DNA of 64,000 bases, taken from positions 1-64,000 of IMG/VR virus record IMGVR_UViG_3300028558_000022, one strand, 5' to 3'. The translations under genes and the position numbers were made by a program. Source of the DNA: a virus. The notes under the pieces are model-generated. The model was not told where the DNA came from, ran no database searches, and was given only the letters and a program-made list of their open reading frames with translations. This document shows positions 34,813 through 43,225 of this stretch, in pieces; position 1 is the stretch's first letter; each line of letters opens with the position of its first letter.

Positions 34813-35943
34813 GTGTACCTAAAAGACTACATGGATGTGGACAAGCTCCGCATGTATGAAGACGAAGGAATCATAGATCGGCGAGGTCATCGTACCCTTC
34901 CGCTCAACATCTACACATTCTCGAAGAGGGCAGTTTACGAGAATCTCTGGGACGACATCACGACAAAGTGTCGCGGCCTAATCGTTCACCACAGTACCGA
35001 AGAGATCATCGCGCGGCCATTCGAGAAGTTCTTCAACATCGACACGGACTATCGCCCGGAGACTCACCGGGCCAATCTCCCAGACGCTCAACCAATCGTC
35101 TCAGAAAAGCTCGACGGTTCGTTGGGAATCCTCTGGCGCTGGGGCGGTCAACAGGGGATCGCTACAAAGGGATCGTTCCACTCAGAACAGGCGGAGTGGG
35201 CCACAAAGACGTACAACCGGTACTACCCGTTCTCGAAGTGGCCGGAAGGCTACACGCCCGTTTTCGAGATCATCAACGAATCCATTCAGCATCACGTTGT
35301 CCACTACCACGGATACAACGATCTTGTGCTCTTGGCGCTGATTGAGAACAAAACCGGTATGGAGCTTAACGAGCATTCGCTACAGCTCTGGGCACGGATG
35401 AACGGAATATCTGTGTCCAAGACCTATAACAAGTCTCTGGATGCAGTGCTGGCAGAAGATCGGAAGAACCATGAGGGATACGTTCTATCATGGCCGCGTC
35501 TTGGCCGCACGCCGCTCAAGATCAAGGTGAAGCACAAGAGCTTTCTCGATCTTCAGAAGGTCGTTCACGCTGCTACACCCGGCGCGATTCTCGAAGCTCT
35601 CAAGACTGGGAATGTCGATCTACTCAACACTTGGATCGGACAGACGAACGAACCTATCGGCCAATGGGTCAAGAGCTGGCTTGTCAGGCTGAATGGTAAG
35701 TACGGCGAGATTCTCATCAAGAGCAACAACGCTTACAAGCAAGCTCTCTTCGGCGCCAACCCTTCCGAATCCCGCAAAGCATTTGCGCTTTACGTGAAGG
35801 AACACGCACCGGAATACGCATCGATATGCTTTGCGATGCTCGACGGTAAGGATCACAAGACTCTCGTATGGAAGAAGGTTGAAGAAAACTTCGATGCGGA
35901 GCTGTCCAAGCCGTTCGCTATTGAGGAGGCCAAAGCAGCATGA
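34813..35943 (+). CDS. T4 Rnl1-like RNA ligase
   Basis: CRGLI, RPFEKFFN, EKLDGSL, FEII, EGYV and KIK; GGAGG RBS, GTG start. Confidence 0.92.
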   Translation: MYLKDYMDVDKLRMYEDEGIIDRRGHRTLPLNIYTFSKRAVYENLWDDITTKCRGLIVHHSTEEIIARPFEKFFNIDTDYRPETHRANLPDAQPIVSEKLDGSLGILWRWGGQQGIATKGSFHSEQAEWATKTYNRYYPFSKWPEGYTPVFEIINESIQHHVVHYHGYNDLVLLALIENKTGMELNEHSLQLWARMNGISVSKTYNKSLDAVLAEDRKNHEGYVLSWPRLGRTPLKIKVKHKSFLDLQKVVHAATPGAILEALKTGNVDLLNTWIGQTNEPIGQWVKSWLVRLNGKYGEILIKSNNAYKQALFGANPSESRKAFALYVKEHAPEYASICFAMLDGKDHKTLVWKKVEENFDAELSKPFAIEEAKAA

Positions 35944-36446
35944 ACGCACCCAAACGGATAGCCGTCGATTTTGACGGAACGCTTTGTGATATGGCGTTCC
36001 CTGAAATCGGGGCGCCAAAGGTCGGAGCTGTGGAGGCCATGAAGGTTCTCCGTGCTCTTGGATTCAAGATCATCATCTGGAGCTGCCGGTGTTGCCACTG
36101 GGACTACGACGTATACGGCGGAGACCCTAAGCAGCCGGTCATGGAGCGCGACAAGGTTCAAGACATGATCGCGTGGCTCGAAGCTCACGGGATCGAGTAC
36201 GACGAGATCGACGACGGCAGCCGGGGTAAGCCGAGCGCGGATTACTACATCGATGACAAAGGTATCCGCTTCGAGGATAACTGGATGAACATTGCAGCAT
36301 TCATCATGAGTCGTACAACGACAGAACGAGTGCTGGCCGAACGTCGGGCAGAGCAAGAAAAGGGTGCGGGCCGGGTAATTCCCTTCCCCGTTCCATCGGC
36401 GAAAGAGGAAGTTCCTTTCACTGACGGCAGCGGGACAACGGCCTAA
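35940..36446 (+). CDS. HAD-family phosphatase
   Basis: DFDGTL, WSCR and KP.ADYYIDDK. Confidence 0.88.
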   Translation: MNAPKRIAVDFDGTLCDMAFPEIGAPKVGAVEAMKVLRALGFKIIIWSCRCCHWDYDVYGGDPKQPVMERDKVQDMIAWLEAHGIEYDEIDDGSRGKPSADYYIDDKGIRFEDNWMNIAAFIMSRTTTERVLAERRAEQEKGAGRVIPFPVPSAKEEVPFTDGSGTTA

Positions 36447-36458
36447 CAACGGAGCGCA

Positions 36459-36665
36459 ATGGCGGAGAAATAAACCATATTCACGATCTTTGACGCTTCC
36501 GGGGATGAAGTGTCCAAAGTTCAGGCAGACGAGATCGTACAAAACGGTCCCCTCTTTAACCTGAGGAAGAAATACTCGTCCCCATTCGACATCGAGGCAG
36601 TCATCGCACTGACGCCGGGAATGATGATCGTAAAGGAATACAAGGAACCTCAGGAACCACAATAA
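36459..36665 (+). pseudogene. small gene with an in-frame TAA at codon 5 (or a non-canonical start)
   Basis: GGAG RBS, ATG GCG GAG AAA TAA, then 63 open codons ending flush with the next gene. Confidence 0.5.
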
Positions 36666-37370
36666 ATGTTCCCAGAACAAAGTGTCATCGTCGGCGAAGC
36701 TGTCGCTGGCGAGTCCGCTAAGACGCGGGCGATGCTCGAAAGCATTATCAAGAATATCGACAAACAGACGCTCGACGCGGCTGAGCTTTTGGAAAAGGTT
36801 CAGTCACAAGGTCTGTATAACCCGGACTTCAACACGTACAAGGAATACACCCGCTCTATCGGCCTGAAGGACTCAAAGGCCGAGTACCTTCCGAAGATCG
36901 TCAGGGTCATGAAATCGGTCGGGTTTGAGCGCAAGGACTACGACAAGCTCAGTATTTCCCGGCTGCGTCACATCTCGTCTCTCGATCCTGAGAAGACTTG
37001 GAAGAACCCGGAAACCGGTGAAGAGGTTCCGTTCAAGGACTTCATTGTCAACTTCGTTCAGAAGGGTGAAGAGATCGACATGGAGACCTTGCTCCAACAC
37101 ATCCGTACCCTCAAGGGTTTCGTGGGAGAGAACGACATCACTTGGCTGAACCTTCCCTTTGCCCGGATCACTATGGACAACACTGTGCGCCCGGCAATCG
37201 AGAAGATGAAAGCCCTGATCGGATCGGTCGCGAAGGACGAAGACGGAATGTCCAAGGATGCCAGTGACAGCCGTTGTGTCGAGATGATTACCGTTCACTT
37301 CCTCAATGACGAAACCGTAACCGCTGAGCAGCTCAGCGCACCGCAAGGGGAACCTCAACCGGAGGAATAG
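36666..37370 (+). CDS. hypothetical protein
   Basis: 234-aa ORF with phage-like codon usage. Confidence 0.8.
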   Translation: MFPEQSVIVGEAVAGESAKTRAMLESIIKNIDKQTLDAAELLEKVQSQGLYNPDFNTYKEYTRSIGLKDSKAEYLPKIVRVMKSVGFERKDYDKLSISRLRHISSLDPEKTWKNPETGEEVPFKDFIVNFVQKGEEIDMETLLQHIRTLKGFVGENDITWLNLPFARITMDNTVRPAIEKMKALIGSVAKDEDGMSKDASDSRCVEMITVHFLNDETVTAEQLSAPQGEPQPEE

Positions 37371-37372
37371 CC

Positions 37373-37564
37373 GTGACTGAAGCACAGCGGGAACCGATGC
37401 GTACTTATCTCCTCGACAAGCTCAAAGAAGCTCGGGAGGAGATAGGTACGGTCAACCCCCAGTATTCGTACTGGGACAGGCTTGTCGAAGTGGCGATGAC
37501 TGACGACGATCTCCTAGTCACGCTCGTTCGACGCGTAGAGCTGGACGGATTCAAAGGGGTCTAA
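37373..37564 (+). CDS. hypothetical protein
   Basis: GGAGG RBS, GTG start. Confidence 0.65.
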   Translation: MTEAQREPMRTYLLDKLKEAREEIGTVNPQYSYWDRLVEVAMTDDDLLVTLVRRVELDGFKGV

Positions 37565-37708
37565 ATGCCACTCGTAAAAGGAAAGTCCCGGAAGGCCATC
37601 GGTACGAACATCAAGCCCGAAGAGGCTGCGGGCCGCCCGCGTAAACAGGCGATTGCAATTGCACTCAGTAAGGCTGGCAAAGCAAAGCCGAAGCAAAAGA
37701 AAAGGTAG
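37565..37708 (+). CDS. small basic phage protein (MPL.KGKS...KQAIAIALSKA type)
   Basis: Manual translation, 47 aa. Confidence 0.7.
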   Translation: MPLVKGKSRKAIGTNIKPEEAAGRPRKQAIAIALSKAGKAKPKQKKR

Positions 37709-37713
37709 GCGCT

Positions 37714-38034
37714 ATGTCCGAAAACAAACGTCCAAAGCCTATCGTACACGTTGCTCATTCTGTGTACATCGACCCAATTCACTGTGACTCTACGGTGTCC
37801 TATAAGGTCGTCGAACAGGGCTTAGAAGATAAGCGGTATGCCTCAGGCGAAGTTAAACTGTCGGATTGCACCCGAACAATATCGTGGTATTTCGGGGACG
37901 GAGAGCATGAAGAATCGTTGGCAAAGATCAACCGGGCCATTGACGCCTTGAAAGCATTCAGAGTCGCCCTTCGTCACGCTCAGCTCAAGGTCAAGAGACA
38001 GCAACGTCTCGCGACAAAATCGGGAGAACAATGA
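37714..38034 (+). CDS. hypothetical protein
   Basis: LSDC.R.I.W motif. Confidence 0.75.
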   Translation: MSENKRPKPIVHVAHSVYIDPIHCDSTVSYKVVEQGLEDKRYASGEVKLSDCTRTISWYFGDGEHEESLAKINRAIDALKAFRVALRHAQLKVKRQQRLATKSGEQ

Positions 38035-38411
38035 GTCATTACGACGGATGGGTCGGCGTAGACCTTGACGGTACGCTCGCCGTATACGATCACTGGCGCG
38101 GGCCGACTCATATCGGCGCCCCGATTCCCAAGATGCTCGAACGCGTCAAGGGTTGGCTCGCTGAAGGTAAAGATGTTCGTATCTTCACGGCCCGTGTCTA
38201 CGCGCCAAAGGAACCGGTAACCGATCCGGCTGTACTACGGCGTCAGAACGAAGCGGTCGCCGCACTGATCGCGATTCGGGCATGGTGCGAAGAGCATATC
38301 GGTAAAGTGCTTCCCATTACCTGTACCAAGGATTACGGGATGGTTGTCCTCTACGACGACCGTTGCCGACAGGTAGAGCAGAACACCGGAAGAGTTATCG
38401 GAGAGGAATGA
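38031..38411 (+). CDS. HAD-family phosphatase-like protein
   Basis: GVDLDGTLA, IFTAR and K...LYDDR. Confidence 0.85.
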   Translation: MSHYDGWVGVDLDGTLAVYDHWRGPTHIGAPIPKMLERVKGWLAEGKDVRIFTARVYAPKEPVTDPAVLRRQNEAVAALIAIRAWCEEHIGKVLPITCTKDYGMVVLYDDRCRQVEQNTGRVIGEE

Positions 38412-38569
38412 AGACAGGTTTCGTTCACATCGGCATGACGCTACTGTGCGTACTTAGTACGTGCTACTTCGTACCTCAGCACTATTGGCCGCCAGTGATC
38501 GCCGGAGTTGTCATCTCGAACATTACCGGTTGGCTCTTTGAGCGCGTGGCAACGTATTACGGTCACTGA
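38408..38569 (+). CDS. small membrane protein
   Basis: Hydrophobic, coupled ORF. Confidence 0.6.
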   Translation: MKTGFVHIGMTLLCVLSTCYFVPQHYWPPVIAGVVISNITGWLFERVATYYGH

Positions 38570-38835
38570 TGCCGCTCACGCCTTTAATCTCTCGGGCGTG
38601 CTTCGCTCGTGACGGCTGGAAGTGCCGACACTGTAACAACCGCTCCGGGCTACATCCCCATCACGTCATCTACCAATCGCAACAAGGCCCGGATACGCTA
38701 GACAACCTCATCACCCTCTGCGCGAGCTGTCACTCGGGGCACCATGCGGGAAAGCTGGGCATAGAGATTACCGCGAAGCTGAAGGACAACGTGATTGTCA
38801 GATTCACTCGCGCGAAGGGATGGAAACCAACATGA
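38569..38835 (+). CDS. HNH endonuclease
   Basis: RD.WKC..C, HH and NLITLC..CH. Confidence 0.88.
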   Translation: MPLTPLISRACFARDGWKCRHCNNRSGLHPHHVIYQSQQGPDTLDNLITLCASCHSGHHAGKLGIEITAKLKDNVIVRFTRAKGWKPT

Positions 38836-39146
38836 TTAAGCTCGCCGCCGCTCTCTTGTTTGCCTTGCTACCGACGCCCGCACAGGCCCCGGTTCGCTCA
38901 GAGCCGATCAACCCAGCTCTCTACCTCACCGCAGAAGCCGCAATCATTACACAGATGGCAGAGTGGCACGTCCGCTACCCATACACGCCGAAGGTCTATT
39001 TCTACAACGTCATTAGCGACATGCAAAGGATGAACGTCGATCCAATCGGCAGCCCAGAGTTCAACACAGACGTGGAGAACCTTGAGGGCGATTTTACGTC
39101 ACTCGCGTTCTACATCGATCAGCACAAGGACAGCGAGACGATTTAG
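38832..39146 (+). CDS. secreted hypothetical protein
   Basis: N-terminal signal peptide. Confidence 0.65.
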   Translation: MIKLAAALLFALLPTPAQAPVRSEPINPALYLTAEAAIITQMAEWHVRYPYTPKVYFYNVISDMQRMNVDPIGSPEFNTDVENLEGDFTSLAFYIDQHKDSETI

Positions 39147-39259
39147 GAGAGTCATGGCAAAAGCGAGCGGTCATGAAGGTTGCGACTGGTGCTGCGATCT
39201 ATGCGGAGAGTGGGCGAACGAATGTACCTGCAATCCGAAGTGCATTGAAAAGGAATCTG

Positions 39260-39487
39260 ATGAAACGCAAATTCAAGAATTGGATCATCACGCTCATTGC
39301 TAAGCGAACGGGCTACACATACGGGGGATCGAGCAAGACTGTTGTGACAAAGGGATTCGGCCTGTTCTTCACAAAGTTTACAAGTCCTAGCGTTGCCGAC
39401 CCTGCCGGGATGATGGACAAGGGCGCCTCATTCCATATCAACAGTAAGACGTACCGTTTTTGGAAACCACGCAATAATGCAGAATAG
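39260..39487 (+). CDS. hypothetical protein
   Basis: AAGGA RBS, ATG 39260. Confidence 0.55.
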   Translation: MKRKFKNWIITLIAKRTGYTYGGSSKTVVTKGFGLFFTKFTSPSVADPAGMMDKGASFHINSKTYRFWKPRNNAE

Positions 39488-41210
39488 AGCATACCAAGAG
39501 AAGGCACACGAAGCGATTCATTCCGGCCTTCTCGCAAGTGTAAATCGACAACTCATCCAAATGGCAACCGGTACAGGCAAGACGGTTGTCTTCGCGCAAT
39601 TACCAGAGAAGTTGAAAGACGTTCTCCCCGGTAAGATGCTCGTACTCGCACACCGCGAAGAGTTAATCGATCAGGCTATCGCAAAACTGAAAGCGTCGAA
39701 TCCCCTTCTTCGTATCGATAAGGAAATGGCGGAGCACCGGGCGGACCCGAAGGAAGCAGACATCATTGTCGCGTCCGTGGCGACGCTGGGCCGCAAGGGA
39801 ACCAAGCGCATCGAAGGTTACGACTGGTCACTGTTTGACAAGTTCGTAGTGGACGAGGCGCACCATGCGACCGCATCGACATACGGCAACATCTTTGAGG
39901 CTGCCGGTCTCTTCAACGAAGGCAGCAACCGTTTGCTACTTGGCGTGACCGCGACGCCCCAGCGTGGGGATGGTCAGGCACTCGCGAAGGTGTTCGAGAA
40001 GATCACTTTCACGTACCCGATACGGCAAGCGATTGAGGATGGATGGCTCGTAGAACCGCGCGGGTTCAAGGTATCGACCAAAACGTCACTGGACGGGATC
40101 AAGGTCTCGAACGGCGATTACGATCAAGTGCAGCTCGCGAACACCGTCAACACTCCAGAGCGTAACGCCCAGATCGCGAAGGCATGGCTCGAACACGCGA
40201 AGGGCCGTCAGACCATCGGCTTCACTGTCGATATTCAACACGCTAAGGACTTGGCCGCAGTCTTCAAACACTACGGCATCAATGCTGAGGCGATATGGGG
40301 AGACGATCCCCAGCGCGAAGAGAAGCTCAAGAAGCATCGGGCCAAAGAGATCACGGTACTATTCAACGCTGCCCTTCTGACTGAGGGGTACGACGATTGG
40401 CAAATTGGTTGCGTGATCCTTGCCGGTCCCACAAAGTCCCCGGTGAAGTTCGCCCAGATGGTCGGACGCAGCACTCGCTTAGAGGACGGCATCGGCAACC
40501 TGATCGAAGCGAAGTCCGTTTATGAAGGAAAGACTCTCATCAAGGATGCTCTCATAGCCCTTGAGAAGGGCATTTACCCATTCAAGGTGGATTGCATCAT
40601 CATCGACGTTGTGGACAACAGCTCTCGCAACTCGCTTGTGACGCTGCCAACACTTCTAGGAATGAGCGCCAAGCTCGACCTCAGAGGTAAGGGCATCGTA
40701 GCAGCGGTCAAGGAACTGGAAGACGCCCAGAAGCAATACCCGCATATCGACTTCACAAAGCTCGATGACATCTCCCAACTTCAGGCACACATCGAGAATG
40801 TCAACCTGTTCGACATCAAGTTCCCGGCTGAAGTCGAGATGAACAGTAAGCTCTCATGGTATCCGTCACCTTCGGGTGGTTACGTCATGTTACTACCGGA
40901 CAAAGACCGTATCGAGATCAAACAGAATATCCTTGACAAATTCGATATATCTGCTACGATCAAAGGGAATCGATACAAAGGCGAGCGAGACACGATTGAA
41001 GCTGCTTTCGCGGCTGCCGATGACACGATCAACAAAGTAATTCCCGAAGCACTCAAAATCATCAGACGTGAAGAAACGTGGCATAAGCAACCGGCAACCC
41101 CGGCACAGCTTAAACTTCTCGCCAAGTTCTTCAAAGGTAAAGCCATTCCGCCTGACCTCGACAAAGGCAAGGCGAGCAAACTGATTTCCAGCTACCTTGC
41201 TGGGAAATAA
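39477..41210 (+). CDS. SF2 DEAH-box helicase
   Basis: ATGTGKT, DEAHH, TATP, LTEGYD and QMVGR. Confidence 0.93.
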   Translation: MQNRAYQEKAHEAIHSGLLASVNRQLIQMATGTGKTVVFAQLPEKLKDVLPGKMLVLAHREELIDQAIAKLKASNPLLRIDKEMAEHRADPKEADIIVASVATLGRKGTKRIEGYDWSLFDKFVVDEAHHATASTYGNIFEAAGLFNEGSNRLLLGVTATPQRGDGQALAKVFEKITFTYPIRQAIEDGWLVEPRGFKVSTKTSLDGIKVSNGDYDQVQLANTVNTPERNAQIAKAWLEHAKGRQTIGFTVDIQHAKDLAAVFKHYGINAEAIWGDDPQREEKLKKHRAKEITVLFNAALLTEGYDDWQIGCVILAGPTKSPVKFAQMVGRSTRLEDGIGNLIEAKSVYEGKTLIKDALIALEKGIYPFKVDCIIIDVVDNSSRNSLVTLPTLLGMSAKLDLRGKGIVAAVKELEDAQKQYPHIDFTKLDDISQLQAHIENVNLFDIKFPAEVEMNSKLSWYPSPSGGYVMLLPDKDRIEIKQNILDKFDISATIKGNRYKGERDTIEAAFAAADDTINKVIPEALKIIRREETWHKQPATPAQLKLLAKFFKGKAIPPDLDKGKASKLISSYLAGK

Positions 41211-41225
41211 GAGGAGATCATACTT

Positions 41226-41579
41226 ATGCGCATCGAAGCTACGCAACCATCCAAAACTCACGGCGGTTTCTACATGACGAACGGTGACAACTCAGCGCCT
41301 TCAAAACCGAAACGCCCCGTCGATATCACGGTTACAGAGGGCACGGCAAATGATCCGGTCGGTCCTCAAGTCGCTGACTTGAAGATCGGTCAGGCACTCA
41401 AGTACAAGCTCAGCGGTAATACTGTCGCACGGTTGGCCGGGAACGTATTCGTCAAGGTGTACAACAAGGGCACCTTACCCCCGGTGTTCTTCGATACGGA
41501 TCACGCCGCCTACTTTATCAAGTATGAGCCATCGGTCATGCTGCCTGAGGGTACAACGCTCACGATCAAGCTCCAGTAA
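41226..41579 (+). CDS. hypothetical protein
   Basis: GAGGAG RBS. Confidence 0.7.
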   Translation: MRIEATQPSKTHGGFYMTNGDNSAPSKPKRPVDITVTEGTANDPVGPQVADLKIGQALKYKLSGNTVARLAGNVFVKVYNKGTLPPVFFDTDHAAYFIKYEPSVMLPEGTTLTIKLQ

Positions 41580-41584
41580 CGGAG

Positions 41585-41601
41585 TTTGCCAAATTGACAA
41601 A
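41585..41601. promoter_or_regulatory. degenerate operator palindrome
   Basis: TTTGCCAAATTGACAAA, overlapping the next start codon. Confidence 0.6.
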
Positions 41602-41905
41602 CATTCCCGCTCTCAGCCGATACCAGTTCGGCTTACTCACACATACTGCGAAGGCAGACATTCCAGTGTTCCTCTTGGCAATGCCGAACCTGAAAGATAC
41701 GCCTTCGCAACGGTTCGGGCTAAAGGCCCGGCACAACGAGATCAAAAGCCTAATGGCGGCTGGTCTCATTGAAGAGGCGTCCGACGAGTTTCGCGAGCAC
41801 GTTCGCGAGCACGAGAAGCAGACCGGGCGCCGGTTCAAGGTATTCGGCCTCACCGAAATTGGTTTCAAGCTCTTTCAAGACACGTCAACAGAACACGTTA
41901 ACTAA
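41594..41905 (+). CDS. hypothetical protein
   Basis: GGAG RBS, TTG start. Confidence 0.7.
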   Translation: MTNIPALSRYQFGLLTHTAKADIPVFLLAMPNLKDTPSQRFGLKARHNEIKSLMAAGLIEEASDEFREHVREHEKQTGRRFKVFGLTEIGFKLFQDTSTEHVN

Positions 41906-41935
41906 ACACAGCACTTAACCACATCTGGAGGATTC

Positions 41936-42340
41936 ATGTCGCTACTCGCAGAGGAGACCCCTGTCTCTATCAAGAAATCCAACCATCAGGCGAACATCGT
42001 TCGCATCTCTGAGCTACTTCCCCACAACAACTCTGACAATCTCGCACTGGTCAAGATCGGCGGCTACCAAGTCGTTGTGAGAAAGGATCAGTTCAAGATC
42101 GGCGATTTGGCCGTATACATTCAACCGGACTCCGTTGTCCCGCAGACTGAGCCATTCCGTTTCATCTGGGAACAGTACGCCACATGCTCAGTGTGCGGCA
42201 ACGGGTGGGGCGCTCATAAAATGAGCTGCTACCCTGAATACCCCAGAAAGGCGTCTGAGGTTCCGGTAACCCGATGTACAGATTCAGTAATAGCTTTGAG
42301 CCGAATCAGGTACTTGAGATCGCGGTCCGAACTGCGTTGA
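41936..42340 (+). pseudogene. N-terminal fragment of a DRB0094-family RNA ligase fused to unrelated sequence
   Basis: H.NSD.L.L..IGGYQVVV.K..F..GDLAVYI.PDSVVP; no ligase catalytic domain follows. Confidence 0.65.
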
Positions 42341-42534
42341 AACTCTTCGAGCACATGGGCGAACAGCGAAACCGCACAATGCGCTATGTACATGAGAACT
42401 ACCTAGAAAGACTTTGGCGTGAACGGAATCATTTGCGAGTCCCGGCCCCGGTACAGACCGTACCCAGTACGCAAGGACGCTTGTTCAGAGAGGAAGACAA
42501 TGGTCAAGGCACTTCGTCGGTTACTGTCGCATAA
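42274..42534 (+). CDS. hypothetical protein with GRLFREED near the C-terminus
   Basis: ORF track. Confidence 0.55.
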   Translation: MYRFSNSFEPNQVLEIAVRTALKLFEHMGEQRNRTMRYVHENYLERLWRERNHLRVPAPVQTVPSTQGRLFREEDNGQGTSSVTVA

Positions 42535-42862
42535 GGACATCGGCTGGAAAGAGATCGGTGAAGAGTTCACGAGATACACGATCCTCAAGACGCGGTGGTT
42601 CAACGTATACCTTCACCAACTGAACGCCCCGAACTGGCATCCTGAGTGTCACGATCACCCTTGGTCGTTTGTGACGTTCATCCTGTGGCGCGGGTACCTC
42701 GAACAGGTTGGGGACAAGTTGTATCGGCGCCGGGCCGGTTCCGTACACTATCGACCGGCTGACTTCTCGCACAACGTCATCACGCCTTACGGTACCGCAT
42801 GGTCCGTGATCGTGACGACTCGGAAGACCCGCGACTGGGGGTTCAATAGCTGTCCGGTATAA
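42500..42862 (+). CDS. cupin-like phage protein
   Basis: YLHQ, HDHPW.F...IL.RGY.E, H.V and R.WGF. Confidence 0.8.
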   Translation: MVKALRRLLSHKDIGWKEIGEEFTRYTILKTRWFNVYLHQLNAPNWHPECHDHPWSFVTFILWRGYLEQVGDKLYRRRAGSVHYRPADFSHNVITPYGTAWSVIVTTRKTRDWGFNSCPV

Positions 42863-42894
42863 GGCTGTGGTTGCCTTATACTTGAAAGGGTCAC

Positions 42895-43116
42895 ATGAGC
42901 GAGGTATTCAAATTCGGCGGAACTGAGCTTGATCTGGAGCACAATGTCGGTGATCCTAAGTGCTCTTCGTGTATGAGCGATAACTACCCAAAACCATGCT
43001 CTCAGCCGGGATGTACCGGGTTGATTCACCTTGAGGGCGAAGAAATTTGGGACAATGAAATTCAAGGGTACGACTATTTCACGCGTACCAAGTGCGACGC
43101 TTGCGGTAATGTTTGA
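42895..43116 (+). CDS. small Cys-rich protein
   Basis: CxxC, C..PGC..H and CxxC. Confidence 0.7.
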   Translation: MSEVFKFGGTELDLEHNVGDPKCSSCMSDNYPKPCSQPGCTGLIHLEGEEIWDNEIQGYDYFTRTKCDACGNV

Positions 43117-43169
43117 CAATTTGGCAAACACGGAAATCATTTGACATTTTAAGCAAAACGTGAGATACT
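43112..43169 (+). promoter_or_regulatory. operator palindrome plus promoter for the primase-helicase
   Basis: TTTGACAATTTGGCAAA; TTGACA(43141)-17 nt-GATACT. Confidence 0.7.
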
Positions 43170-43225
43170 ACGAACACTTGAACAAGAGAGCCTTCGGGCG
43201 GAGTCAAATCTAGCAAAGGGAGTAA

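Noticed and set aside
36459-36665. Stop-codon reassignment suggested by the in-frame TAA
   Set aside because: TAA, TAG and TGA all terminate conserved genes normally elsewhere, and no suppressor tRNA is present.
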